Shown here in pieces: positions 13,393 through 27,339 of a stretch of 64,000 bases of DNA; position 1 is the stretch's first letter, and every line of letters begins with the position of its first letter. The stretch is from Rhizophagus irregularis (lineage: Eukaryota), in the NCBI RefSeq assembly GCF_026210795.1, contig NC_089431.1, positions 2,046,001 through 2,110,000 on the forward strand, in the 5' to 3' direction. The notes under the pieces were generated by a model. The model worked only from the letters and a program-made list of their open reading frames with translations. It was not told the origin of the DNA and searched no databases. Both the position numbers and the translations under genes were made by a program.

Positions 13393-14074
13393 ATTATTAA
13401 ATAAATAAATATATATGTATAACAAATACAATTTTTCTTTTTACCTCTCATCAATATAACAATGAGATTTATTCCACAAAAAACGCTTGATTTAAATACT
13501 TTTTTTATCACTATAATTGTTACATTCTGTGTTCTGACATTAATCCATGGTATAATTTTAATCATCTTTAATTTACTTAAAATGATTTTCTCTTTGGTTC
13601 ATCCATTATCAAGGTAATTCAAATTTTAAATTAGTATTACGCCATAACAAATCTAATAAAAATATTTTTATTTTAGCGAAAATAAATATAATGTTTAAAT
13701 AATTATATTATATTTATTATTTCATATTCGCTTCTTTATGGTTGACTATCTCAATGATAAAAATTGTAATATAAAATTCTTCCCTTATATGAAAAAAAGA
13801 TAAAAAGATGTTAATTATATAATTAGAATAAATTTAAATGCTAAAAACTATTTTCAAATATGATTGATTAAGTGATTATAATATTTAATATTTTACAAAA
13901 TAAAGGAAGAATCCAAAATGATTATTAAAGCGAAAAAATTAAGTTCTATATTACAAAAAAAAGAAAAAAAAAAGAATAGCAATTGATCGTAATATACATC
14001 CATATTTCCCAAATATGCTATTAAAAAAGTAACTATCGATGTAAAAATAGTTATTATTATTATTAAATTTCCAG

Positions 14075-17000
14075 TTACAATTGAAAATCACTATCCTCTT
14101 CATCAGTCACATTATCTATAATTGATTTTCGTTTCTTTTTAGATTTTTTAGATACAGTGTCATTATTAGGTGTATTTCTTTTTTTATTTCCTGATGTTCT
14201 TGGTGATGATGCGTTTTTTGATTTTGGACCTAATTTACGTACAATTCCTTTTCTTGAAGATGTACCTCCTGATGGTTTTACTGTTGTATGTGTTGTCTCA
14301 TCAAATATAGTCATAGTCGTTATATCGAGATCCATGCGATCCAAACTAGCATAACTATTTGATTGTTTGCTACTTAAATCTCCCTCCATCTCTGTATCGG
14401 CAAATTCTTCTTTCTGCGTACCATCCTCAGCGATAAGCTTTCTGAACTGAAAAGAAAACTCTTAAATTATTATCGGAAATTTTTTTTTTTTTAAAAAAAA
14501 TTCTATTTATATAAATAAGCATACCAATTCGCATTGTTGTTTTATATCATCGTCCGTTAGCAAAGGTTTATCTATAAACGAAAGACCATCCCATGTAATT
14601 ACTGGTGGAGCATTTTGATGACGTAGAGCTGGCTTATCTTTATTGGATCCACTTTGGGCTGGATTGAAGTTCTGACATTTGCTAAATAAAAAATAAAATT
14701 AGTAAAATGTTTATAATAATAAATTTCTCGAGATTTAACTTACGCTTCGCTAAGTGCATATGTCTTTTTCAGATGTTCCTTCAAGTACATAAGAATAGTC
14801 ATACAAATGGAAACCTTTGCAGCATAAGGCAATGGCAAAATAGTTTCTGCAAAAAAAAAACAAAAAAAAACATATAATGAAATATAACTGTTCGTTTAAT
14901 TGTTTTAAATAACCAGAATATACCTTTGTCTTTATTCCTCGATTCTTGTTCTTGACTATCTTCTTGTGTTTCCTTTTTCTCTATATTCTCTAAAAGTTCA
15001 GGCTTTTGAACACCTTCAATTAACATTGAATTTAATTTAATGTCATTGTCTGTAGTTTCGCTCACATTCATAAAACTTCCGTTAAGCATAGTAACGCTAG
15101 GCTGATGCGGAGAATTGTTTTCATCAAATGTTTGAATATTGACAGAGGCCTGCTCTTGTGAAGTTTTATTCTGATTAATTATATCCATGTCAATATTGAG
15201 TATTTTTGCATTATTTTGAATAGAATGCAGAGCACTTATAGCAACAACTGACAAAACACGATTGATACAATAAATAACATGAAGGACTTCTTCCAAAGAC
15301 TTATAATCAATAGTAGCTAGATTTTCCGCAACAAATTTACAAAAACCGACATCAACCTGAACGGAAAAGGATAATTAATAGAAAATATATGAATATTAAA
15401 TTAAAGCAAAAATGTTCATACCGTTGATTCATCACATCGTATTAAATCAAAATCGAATGTTCTGACAATTGATATTAAGAAATCATTACGACGTTGCCGT
15501 TTTTCTTTCAGTAATGAATACATAGGATTAAGCAAAGCTTCAGGATGTCCCTCGTCATTTCGAACAGCATACCCTAATCGTAAAAAAATGGATCAAGTTA
15601 AAAAAATCATATAACACTCAATCATCATAAATTTTAGTTATTTCCTAAATAACATACCAACAATAGGATTTTCACAAACCAATTGCTTTTGAAAAGCGTA
15701 CGCCTTTTTAACACAATCTACATTTCGAGAATGTATCAGTGAAGCATGTTTTTCATTTAAGTGTTGATGCAATTTAAATGCCTTGTCACGAACAGTCTGT
15801 TCTGGACTAGTCTCTATCGCAACAATTGTCGGGATACACTAGAAAAATAAATATAAATAAATGTTATTGAGAATGTAAAATGAACAATAATAAATACAAA
15901 CTCACATACCAATACAGGATGTGCTAAGCCCTGCTGAATAATGTTTCCTAAGACATCTAAAGCAATTATTTTCAAACTTTGTGTTGGATCAAAAGTACAT
16001 TCGAGAATCCGATCAAGATATCGTTGCATTAAAGAACTGCTTACACTATTAAATTTCAAAGAAGGAACTATTACTCCCAAACCAAATTGCTTTAAAACAA
16101 ATAAAAAAAAAATTTATTATTCTTACCCAGCCTCGGCAAACTCATCTGCATTTCCAATTAAAACCTTTAGATCGACAGGGTTATTTTTTTTTTGCTCTAT
16201 GAATAATTGATAAATATTTATTTAAAATAAGTAAATAAATTTATAAATTATAATAATAATAATACGCTTACTCTTCTCTTCTAAATCTGTATTAATTTTT
16301 TGTTGTTCTGCTACCAAGAAATCAGAAAACACCTTCATTAGCTGTATTTTCATATCCATAGCTCCAGTATTCAATATACGATCCATTAGATCCGTACTTT
16401 CCGGTCTAAGCATTATGATTGGATAGGATAAATATATGAACCCTATAGAATATAAATAAAATCAGTAAGAAGAGAAAGTAAATATACTTTAATTATTATT
16501 TACCTAAACTTTGTAATGCCATTTTCTGAACAGTTTCTGATAAGCTTTCTTTGCAAAAATATAAAACTAATTGGAAAACAATAGTTATTATAGGTCCCTA
16601 AATTTGTAATAAGCGGTATTTCAATATATATCGATAGCACAAAATTATAAAAGCGTGTTTAAATAATCTATTCGTACCTTATCAATTAGATTTAATTCTT
16701 TCATTTCATCTGATAAAAAAAACAAAGTTAATCAAATAAATATATATGTATATATATATATATTAGTGAATTTATAAAAATTTTTGTAGTGTTCTAACCT
16801 GGTTTTTCCGATCTCTTTTTGTCAAAATCGAAATTCTTACATAATAGACCGATAATTAAAAGAAGAACCATAACATTTCGCGCCGAAGATATATCTTTAC
16901 CAGCATCTAAATGTTTCTTCTCAACTTTAAGTTTTTCTTCAAGGGTACAAGGTATATAAATGGAAAATAAGAAAAACAGAATTTTTCATGCGATTACATG

Positions 17001-20000
17001 AATAAATTAATAAAATATTACCTATACAAGATCTCAACAGTTTTGTTAAACGAATATAGTTATGCGTTAATTTGTCAACAATAACACAAAGACACGGTAC
17101 AACTTCTTGAAGAATCTAAGGTAATAATACAAATGGTAATAAGATTTCAATATTTATTCTTCATATAATTCTAAACAATACCCGATATATATTAAATCAT
17201 CTTCTTATCATACCTTTTGTGGACTTTTGGTAAGTAGACCAAGAAGAGCTTGCTCTACTTCAGTTAAAAAGCTTGGATTTGGTCGTTTTAAAAGTGGAAG
17301 AACACTTTGATAGATGATCAAAACATAATATAAGATAGTTTGGTCATCGGACTATATGATCAAAAATTAAATTAAAAGAGAATTCTATTATTATATGACA
17401 TCATTATCATTACTTACCGAGCTAGCACTTTTTAAGTATGGTTGTAGAGTGACAACATGTCTTCGAACAAGTGAAGGAGAGGCATTGCTTAAGAGACATA
17501 TGGTACTTATACAACTTACGACTTCAGTCTAAAAAAAGTCCATATATATTAATAACATTTAAGTAATGATCATAGAAGGAAAAAATCATGATTTTATAAA
17601 ATACCTTTGAATTGGAGTCTTGCAATGTCAATAAATGCTCGAACAAACAATCCACCATACACTGGCATATATTTAAAACTTCCCGTTTCTGTTTTCCATC
17701 CTTTTCTAAAATCTTTTTTTTATAAAAGATATAAATAATCTCAAATAAACCCTTTTTACATGATTAAATAATTAAAAACTAACCTTTTTGAATAATCCTC
17801 CTAATACATGGCCGTTTCTTTCGCCAAGGCGTCCTGCAACTCCAACAATTAACAAGCTTCTACTTAAAACTTCTTTCTTACCAACAGAAGACATGTTGGT
17901 AAATTCACTTTGTCCATCATCGTCATCAAGATCATCCATGTCAATGCTCACAGTTCTTTGATGTTTGAATGGTACAAACCATAATTCTTGAATTGTTTTT
18001 AAAGCTAAGTCCTTTAGAATGAATTAATTAATAGTTACTAATGATATCTAATTTTCACAATTCTTAAATGATATTTACCTTAACATGATTATCGTCGTCA
18101 TTTATACGCATAAGAATTTTACAACCAATATCTATCATCATTTTCTGGTCCGCACTTTTAAGATATATGTCACGAAGTAATTTTATAACACGTTTTCGGA
18201 CATTGAGACCGGTATCCTGTACATACATGCATATAATAAACATATATTCCAAAATAAAACTTGTATGAAAATTACAAAATATTAATTTATATTTACCAAA
18301 ATTCGCTCACTGATAACTTTATAATACTGTTCAGTAATATCGGGTTTTTGTGAGAGATATCGACCAACAAGATCAATAGCTGCATCACGAACAGCCGGTG
18401 AATTATCGGAAAGTCTTTGTGCAATTGTTTGTCGAACATTAACCTTTGCATTTACATTCAATATTAATTAGAATATCGAGGTTGCCTTAATCGAAATAGG
18501 AATAGAAACTTACTTGACTCAAAATGTTCGGATCATTAATAACTACTTGGCCCAAGGCTCTCAAGGCTTTGGTTCGAAAAGCAACAACACCTGTATCAAG
18601 CGAAACCAAAATTCTCGAGAGGATAGAATCAAAATTCTGATATAGAGTTTGCCTTGTTGCAAGAAGTTCGGTAACAAGACTAATGTCAGAACGTTCTATA
18701 CCTAATGATCTATTTGGAAGTTAAAAGAAAAAAAAAATTAAGCTATTAAACCTAAGGTACTATAGAAAGTACATTGAAACTACCTTTGTTTCAAATTTTG
18801 GTCAATGTTATCTTCTAAAGACATTTGCCAATATTCGGCAATTATTTTATCTAGCAATTTTTTCATTTCGCCAATCGTGGCTTTTTCTTCCCGGTCTTCA
18901 CTCGATAAATTTTCAGAAATCGAAAGTAGCGTGTTAACAAAAGAATATCCCCACTCCGCCAAATAAAATTGCCGAGCACACTAAAGTATATCAAATATAC
19001 AATCAATAAGGTTTATTGTATAATTATAATTCTTATTATATACGTACCTGTACTCCAGGATCTTCTAATGCGCCAAATTCTAGAAATTTTAATACAACTT
19101 TTTGACATTCCCAAAGATTGTTCACTGACTGCGCATTCGTTAGACTAGTAATCTAAAATAAAATGAATCGAGCTATGTAAATGTGACCATGAAAACAAAA
19201 AAAAATTAAATCGTATTATTCGCACCTCTCCCTTTGGGACATCTTTGGCCATATCTATCCAATGGCGAACTTCTTTATTTTCCCAATTATCTTCTAATGT
19301 ACTCTCACCAGTTACTAGGACGTTATTGGCATATTTCTTTATTCGTCCAGCAATTGTACCTAAATAATCAATAGCCATGGACTTTGTGTATGTGTCTGCC
19401 TTCTTATCGTTAATATAGCCAACCTAAGTTTTAGCGAGTAAATATTATTAATTGACATAATAATGAAACAGTGATTGCTTCTATAAACATTACCATAATT
19501 TTACTGAAAATGTGAACTATCATTTCTGCGGCAGGCCATTCCGGAAAATTTAAAACTGTGATTACATCTTCCATGAAGTTATCCAGCAATACACGATATT
19601 CTGACTCGTTCGAGTTTTTAATAGACTTTGTGCATCTTAACAATTTAAGAAATTATTGGATGACGTGCGGAATTGTAAAAAAATATTAATAAAATAAAAG
19701 ATGAAAAATACCTTGCCAGCAAGAATTTAAAAACATAACCAGCATTCGCACTAGCAGCATCAATACCCGTTTTCCAAGCACTTCCACACTAATTTAATTA
19801 AATATTTATTAGTAATAAAAAAAAGGAAACAGGAAAAAAAAAACAATGTGGTTCTGGGGGATAAACCTTTTTTTAAATTATTGATATCTCCAATGATATC
19901 AATTCCAAAAATTTCATCTCTGCCTTGGCCGTCAATTTCCTTGGAGCCATATTGATTTGTACCCGCTGTACAACTTTGAATGAGTTGCAAAATAAGTGCC

Positions 20001-23000
20001 GAAACCATCTGTATTGATTTACCATCAGGTAACCTATAATTAACGATTTTATTAGCTATGGTAATCAGCATGGGGACATTTTACCCATTCGTATTAATTA
20101 CCTATATTGTCGTAAATTACGCTTTGTCGTGGGTAACTTAATTAAAGAAGTGAGAATTTCCTCTAAAATCCAAGTACGTTGTTTTTGATGATTTGTGAAA
20201 ACCTGTTACATTAATTATTAATTATCATTAAAGCTTTGCCCAATACAAAATTCATGATATTAAATAAAATCATGTCGTACCAATCGCAACAATCCAAGTG
20301 CGACCAATTTCATAGATTCAACATTATTTCCAAAAAAATTATTGCTGCCACCGCTAGCAGAATCAACAAAAAATGGTCCAATAGCAATAAAACTAACAGT
20401 TATGACAATGCTATCTGATAACTCTTCTTGTTGCATTAAGTCATACAATTTTCTCAGATAAGTAGTCATAATTGGAAGCAATCCCGATATCTTACGCTTG
20501 AGGCGCGAAGTAAGAAAAAAATTAACTGTTAAGGAATAAAAATAAACTTATAATAACTCGAATAAAAATAAATTTTATAAAGGATATTTATCAAAAATCT
20601 CGAGCAATAAGGAATCAGCTTCATCTGTCACACAATGGAAATTACAATAAATTAACTAACCATCAAAAAAATCCCATCCCAAAAAATTTTTTAAAAAAAC
20701 ATACTATTCAATTCCTCTTTAGACGTATTTAATTCCAAAAAACGGTATATAATTTCTCCAAGTTGATTTTTTACAAGATTCAAACTTGAAGTAATTAGGT
20801 CTTCAGGGTAAAGCTATAATCGATAATTGTTAATTAATTATATTATTATATTAATAGTCAACAAAATACGGCAAAATAGAAAATGTTCAATACCTGTTTA
20901 CTTAATTTACCACCCGTCATTATTGTAAATGCAGCTATTGCAGCATCAATCCCATTCATTATTTTTTCAAGCTTTTCTTCAATTTGTTCCGTCCTTGAGT
21001 CTTCATCCATTTTATAATCATCATCATAAGTATCACCTTTATCTACACTGTAATCAGAGTTTTTTTGATTTACTTTAATTCGGCTTTTAGATGTTGACTT
21101 AGGTAATACTTCAAAATTTTCGACCTCTCGCACAGAACGATCTAATATTTTCAAAAGACGTGCTAAGTCCTCTACTTCAACATCCTCCATACGTTTGTAA
21201 CGGCTCACTTTGCTAACAAGTTTTATGAGTTGTTGGATTGCATTTGTGGTAAGCAGAGGTTCGCTTGAGCCCATACTTGATGGAACAAATAATGATGTTG
21301 AATTTTGTGAATTTGCATTAGATTGATCTACGCTGGCGGAATCCTCAGCTTCAAATATCATACTCATATAATTGATTAAGTTGATCAATACACCTATAAA
21401 ATAGTCCAAGATAAATAAGATTTGCAATAAAATTGAAATTATACAAAAATAAAAATGTTAGCTTACTTTCTCCATTTCGTTCTTCATCCTTATCTTTATC
21501 CTTATGTTTTTTGTATTCTTGATTTGGTTTTTTGTGAGATTGATGCGGACTAAGACTCCAATCAAATTCTGATTTTTGGGGCGAACGATATTCTTCCAAT
21601 TTATCTCTCGGTGGAATTTCTATAACTACTTTAGGGGATGTTGCTCGAATACTTTGTCGTTTTGTAGTTAAGAGATTATCAGAATCTTCGTATTGTTCAT
21701 TATAGAAATTATTTACGGGAGATGTTTCTGGGTTAATGACGACTTGGGGAGTTAAATGTTCCATTTCTATTTCTTGTGATGAAGTAGATGACACTTTAGA
21801 ATCTTGATATTTTGACTGAATGTAAGATTTTGAAAGGGATGTACTTTCTATAACAACATGTGGAGAATTAGAACGTATATCATATGATCGTGGAATCATA
21901 TTTGCTTCTGAAAAAACGTTAAGATGATAATCTCTATTTGAATGTGCCGGAGTTTCGATGAAAACTAATGAAGATGGTGTTCGAATATCTTGATTATCTG
22001 ATGAATTATACATAGAATTTCCATAAATACTATCATTACTATACGTGTTCTGTCGCTCTCTCTGATGAACATGGTTGATATTTCGAGGAATATTCGGTGT
22101 AGGTAAAATACATTCTTCATAAACACTTTGATTATAACCAATTTGCTGAGGCACAGCACTATTCATGATAACTTCAGATTTATTAGCATTATTAGCATGA
22201 AAGCTTTGAGATGATCGAGAACCCATGCCAGATACTTGATAAATGTCGCGATTATAATCTTGGTGTTGTGAGATTATATTACTACTGGTAGTATTCTGAG
22301 GGATCATTTCCATAGCCTGCGTGAATGGACGTTTCTGTGGGATTGAAGGCTGAGGATTGATTGCATACTCGAAAGAAGGTCGTGGAAATGTTATCGATGA
22401 GCTCTTAAATCGGCTAATTCAATATAAAACCAATAAATTCATTAAATCATATTCATATTTTCGATATTTGATATTATAACTTTTTTCAAAAACTTATTTT
22501 GAGACATAAATATTAATACAATATAAATTAAGAAAACAGACTAAGACAATAGATCTATATATAATTAAATTAAACTTGTACACTAAATATTTATTATGAA
22601 ACAAGATCGAAACAATGGAATACTTACACATAGCTCACATCAACTTGATTTAGCAATCCACGAACAGCATGTAACTGTTGTTGTAGAGAGAAGTCAGAAA
22701 TCTGGGACGCTGATTGATTATCCAAAAGGTTGGCAATACGTGCATATTCTGGATCTGTCGGATTACAAGTGATATAATCTCCGAATGCAATAGATATTGG
22801 AGGTATATCGCTCATAACTTTTCGACAGGATAAAAGAATTATTAATTATAGTTTTCAAATAACCTAAACAGCCCCCAGAGTCATCGAGGTACCTTAAACT
22901 ACAAACAAATAAACTAATAAACTAAATAATAAAAAAAAAAGAACCTGCTGACGCTGGAGTAAGTGAAGCTAATGCTGAATATTGTAATGACGATCGGGCG

Positions 23001-23083
23001 TCGTCTGGAGTTGGCATATAACCTGCTCCAGCCCCTCCCTCGCCACTACGCTGTTTTCCATTTGTACTGCGAGGACCATTCAT
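14075..23083 (-). CDS. SCC2: Cohesin loader subunit Scc2/NIPBL (HEAT repeats), ~28 exons
   Basis: Motifs [112 protein letters not shown]. Start MNGPRSTNG at 23083. Confidence 0.92.
20510..20587 (-). other. U12-type (minor spliceosome) AT-AC intron in SCC2
   Basis: Minus strand reads ATATCCTTT...TTCCTTAAC...TTTTCTTAC. Removal joins [24 protein letters not shown] in frame. Confidence 0.9.
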
Positions 23084-24686
23084 TATTTTTGTTTGTGATT
23101 TACTATACAATTTTCGCGATTAATAGTTGCTAGATAGATTTCACTGTTTGCAAACGTTTCCTATTGATGGAACACTTGATTTAGAAATGAATGACATCAG
23201 AGTTGAAACACAGTTTCCTTCTCATTTATATCAAATAATGTCGGCCTTCTTTGTTTACTTTATATCATGACATTCGAAGCGAAAAAGGACTATTGACTGT
23301 GTGTTATGTCAATGTTTTTTATCATGTGATCTGATTGATTTATTATTACTATAAAAGTCATTTATTGCTTTTATAAAATAAGTATGACGTCATATTATAG
23401 TACATTAATAAGTTTTTCTCTGTTCTATTTCTTTCAGATTTTTGAATTTCCCAATAGCCAAAACTTTCATCATATCCTAACCAACTGACAATTTATAATA
23501 ATTTTACAAATTTCCATACGCTCAAAAAATTACAAACAACAATATTCTCAATGATACAATTATATTATTTCTTAAAAGGATTGTTAAAATTATAATACCA
23601 AATTTCTTCTGTAAACTAAGTAGTTACAGCACAATATAAAACTACTTAAATCTACAGGGAAATTGTTTTCATTCTCATTATTTTGAAAATTAGAAATTTC
23701 TACTGTTGATTAAGTTCAACTACAATATTCTGAGTTGTAGTTGTCAGCATTTTTAATGATGTTTTCGGTTTATCAAATCTTTTTCGAATATAAGTAAACT
23801 ATCACTACAATAGCAGTTCATATTGAAAAATAAATTCCGTTAAAAGTGTTACAACCTTGAATGCTACAAAATCAAAATATATTAAAATTATGCTTTAATT
23901 AAAAAAAAAATCAATACACTAAAAAAATTCTTTATCTGACAAAAGCTAATACCTAATGCTATTTCAGAATGCAAAAATATGAACTGGAAAAAATTCCATT
24001 TTGTTTTTTGGCGGAAGAACAATACCAACCAGTAATGGAAAAATTATTGATATAGTTATATAATATTTTTGTCGTTACCATTTACTTTTAAACTATACTT
24101 CTATGAATCTTAAAAGAAAATATTAATACCATGAAGCCTGCTGCAATCCCAGACGCATTGATTCATAATGCTTAGATCCAACAAATTGCCTGTAATGTTT
24201 GACATAAATTGGCACCATAAATCCATGCACTGAGAATATGAAGTATACAAAGAATACAAAAATAGACAAATACGTGATTATAATCGATATATAATGAAAA
24301 TAATTATCATAAGAAGAAGGAAATTGTGCTAAGTGTTGCATATGTTAAGCCACCACTAATAAGTTAAATTCGTTATCTATTGGAACGTATTATTATTAGT
24401 TGTTCTGCTTTCATTTAACTTTGTTAATACTTCAGGAAATTTAATTCAATAATATTGTTTTTTTTAAAAAAATGATGTATTTGAATTATATAGCTGCTTC
24501 AATTATTCCACATGATTTTGATAAAAGGACTAAATCAGAATTTCAAAACTAATGAAGCATCATCCTTTATAATGATATCTTTTATGTATTAATTGCAAAA
24601 ACTATTGCAAATAAAATTTTGAATAAATGAAAACTTGCTTGAAAAATTCTCTTTTTTCTTTTAAAAAAAATTACTTGACTAATTGG

Positions 24687-24834
24687 GGTCTTTGCCAATA
24701 AAGTACAAAACTCAAAAAAAAATTTTAATTTTACTTTATATGTTAATTATGTTTTTTTACTGAAATAAATGCAAATTTAATATCAATTCAATTTTTGATA
24801 TTTTTTGAGTTTTATGCCTTTCATTGCAAAAACT
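24687..24834. mobile_element. Degenerate MITE-like inverted repeat
   Basis: TCTTTGCCAATAAAGTACAAAACTCAAAAAA pairs imperfectly with TTTTTTGAGTTTTATGCCTTTCATTGCAAAAA; no clear TSD. Confidence 0.4.
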
Positions 24835-25834
24835 ATGTATCAATCAAAAAAATATATATTACGTTTTCTGATAAATATGATAAATATATAAAATAACAAC
24901 TATTAAATACATCTCATTGAAAGGATTTCTTTTGATTATTACATTATAAAATAACTACTATAATATTATTAACCAGGTTAACTTAAAACTTAAAATTTTT
25001 GGCTAATTCTTTTTCAAAGTTAAATTTCTTACTAAATATAAGTTTGGTAACTTATACTGAATTTTGATATAAGTTAAAATTAGAAAATTAATCAGTATTA
25101 CAATTTATCAAAATCTATTATATACTAATAATTTAATATATCAATATCAGTTTTTTAACTGTATATAACTTAAAATTAGTATTTTTAATAAGTTGTAAAT
25201 GATAAAAGTAAATTGCTAAAGTTCACGCAATAACTCGGTCACTATACCAGATTATGATATATTTTCAACCAGAATTAAAAATCTAATAAAATACTGGCCA
25301 GTATTATATTATAATTTTACCATCGAATATTATTACCAGCGATGCTTGTTTAGCAATACAATATATATATATATTATAAAATATAAAATTTACAAATAAA
25401 TATTTTAATAATGCCTGTTTAAATTATTTTTGCAATAACTAAATATTTTGTTAAATTTTATATTTAATTAATATTTGGCTAAATCTAAATTAATGGCTAA
25501 ATTGGAACTCAAAGAATATATAGATCCAGATCCAAAATTTTAATATAATTTTATACATCTAATTCTATTAAAAAATTTATACAAAATCATCATACAAATT
25601 CAAAATTTTATTATAAATTTTACAATTATAAATTTGAGTTTATATAAAAAAAATCTTTTTAAAGAAAAATTCCTAACAAATATTATTAAAATTTTAGATA
25701 CTTTATAAATATTGATATCCAATATATATAATATAGTAGGTCTTATACAAAAATTTGTATGTATACTATAAAATTAAAGAAAACACATTTTGCTACATAT
25801 CTTACTATACAGTGATCATAAAAAAATAAAACAC

Positions 25835-26050
25835 AGCTTATTGGATTCATTTTAATAAAATGAATCAAATGGTAATAGTTTCATATTTCTAGGTATAATA
25901 GATGTTAAATTATATCACACATTAGCACTTTGTATTTTTATTCACTATGTATTTTTATATTTATTCCATAACTTGCCATCTATCTATTATACCTAAAAAT
26001 ATAAAATTACCACCATTCAACTTGTCTTATTAAGATGAATCTATAAGCTT
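25835..26050. repeat. Foldback / long imperfect inverted repeat (~80-bp arms)
   Basis: AGCTTATTGGATTCATTTTAATAAAATGAATCAAATGGTAATAGTTTCATATTTCTAGGTATAATAG pairs with CTATTATACCTAAAAATATAAAATTACCACCATTCAACTTGTCTTATTAAGATGAATCTATAAGCT. Confidence 0.55.
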
Positions 26051-26080
26051 TGTTTCATCTCTTTATGTGAATGTCAAGAT

Positions 26081-26256
26081 TATACATGCCACCCAAATTA
26101 TTTTGGACTGCCGTAATTATAAGTAAAATCCCAAATTCAATTATGACATCCCAAATTATTTGGCACTTTACATAGTAAATTATATATAAACCGAATGAAT
26201 TATGGCATCCCAAATTATAATTATGACATCCCAAAATAATTTGGGCAGCATGTATA
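26081..26256. mobile_element. hAT-type MITE (176 bp)
   Basis: TIR TATACATGC..CCCAAATTATTTTGG; 8-bp TSD GTCAAGAT at 26073-26080 and 26257-26264. Confidence 0.8.
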
Positions 26257-26529
26257 GTCAAGATATATAATAAATTAAAAAATATTTCAAGTGTTTTTTA
26301 AAACAAATTAAGAAACTCTTTACACAGGTCGAACAGATGTCATTGTCGCAAAATTTGCCTGGAATTTTTCTGGCAAATTGAGAATTATCCCGGTAAATTG
26401 GGGTAAATTGTGTTACAATTTTGGGATAATGGAGGACTTACAATTTGGCAAATTTTGTCAAAATGGCAAAATTCCTACAAAATTCCTAATTCAAATGTTG
26501 AGAAATTTTTCAGTAAATTATCATTAAAT

Positions 26530-26970
26530 TGTGGGAAATTTTAGGCAAATTTTTAGTAATGTTATGCAAACGAAGTGTAAATTGTGGTGAATTTAGTCAA
26601 ATTTTTAGTAATGTTATGCAAACGTAATGTAAATTGTGGTGAATTTTAGGCAAATTTTTAGTAATGTTATGTAAACGAAGTGCAAATTGTGGTGAATTTA
26701 GTTAAATTTTTAGTAATGTTATGCAAACGTAATGCAAATTGTGGTAAATTATAGTGAATTTTTAGTAATTTTATGCAAACGTAATGCAAATTGTGGTGAA
26801 TTGTAGTGTATTTTTAGTAATGTTATATAAATTGTTGAAAATTTAGGTGAATTTAGTCAAATTTTTAGTAATTTTATGCAAACATAATGCAAATTGTGGT
26901 GAATTTTTAGCAATATTAGGCCAATGTTATGTAAATTGTGATGAATTTTTTGTAATGATACGTAAATTGC
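26530..26970. repeat. Left subterminal ~52-bp tandem repeat of copy 1
   Basis: Unit ~AATTTTTAGTAATGTTATGCAAACGTAATGCAAATTGTGGTGAATTTAGTCA repeated; the same unit occurs at ~33770-34290. Confidence 0.8.
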
Positions 26971-27339
26971 AAATTTGAAATAAAAACTTTCCATTGTTGC
27001 ACAATTTACCGGGAAAATTCTGGTAAATTGTGTATTTTTTTGTCAAATTTTGGAAAAATGGACCATTTTACCAAAATTTAACTTTCAAATGCTAGAAAAT
27101 TTTTAGCAATTTTAGACAATTGAGTGACAATTGTTTGACAATTTTTGGACAATTGAGTGTAAATGTAATATTTTTAAGACAATTTCTGACAATTGAGTAA
27201 TAATTAAGCAACAATTTTGTGTAATTTTATACAAATTTTATAACAATTTATTGATTCTAATTTTATTAACAATTTATCTAATTATTCAATTATAACGTGT
27301 AATTAAGTACAATAATGTTAAAAAAAACAAACATCAAAA

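Noticed and set aside
23700..24620. Possible degraded multi-pass membrane protein gene on the minus strand
   Set aside because: Hydrophobic fragments with many stops; no family could be supported.
26323..26340. Transib/RAG RSS-like end (CACAG...)
   Set aside because: The TSD is 3 bp rather than the 5 bp typical of Transib, and no nonamer at 12/23 spacing is evident.
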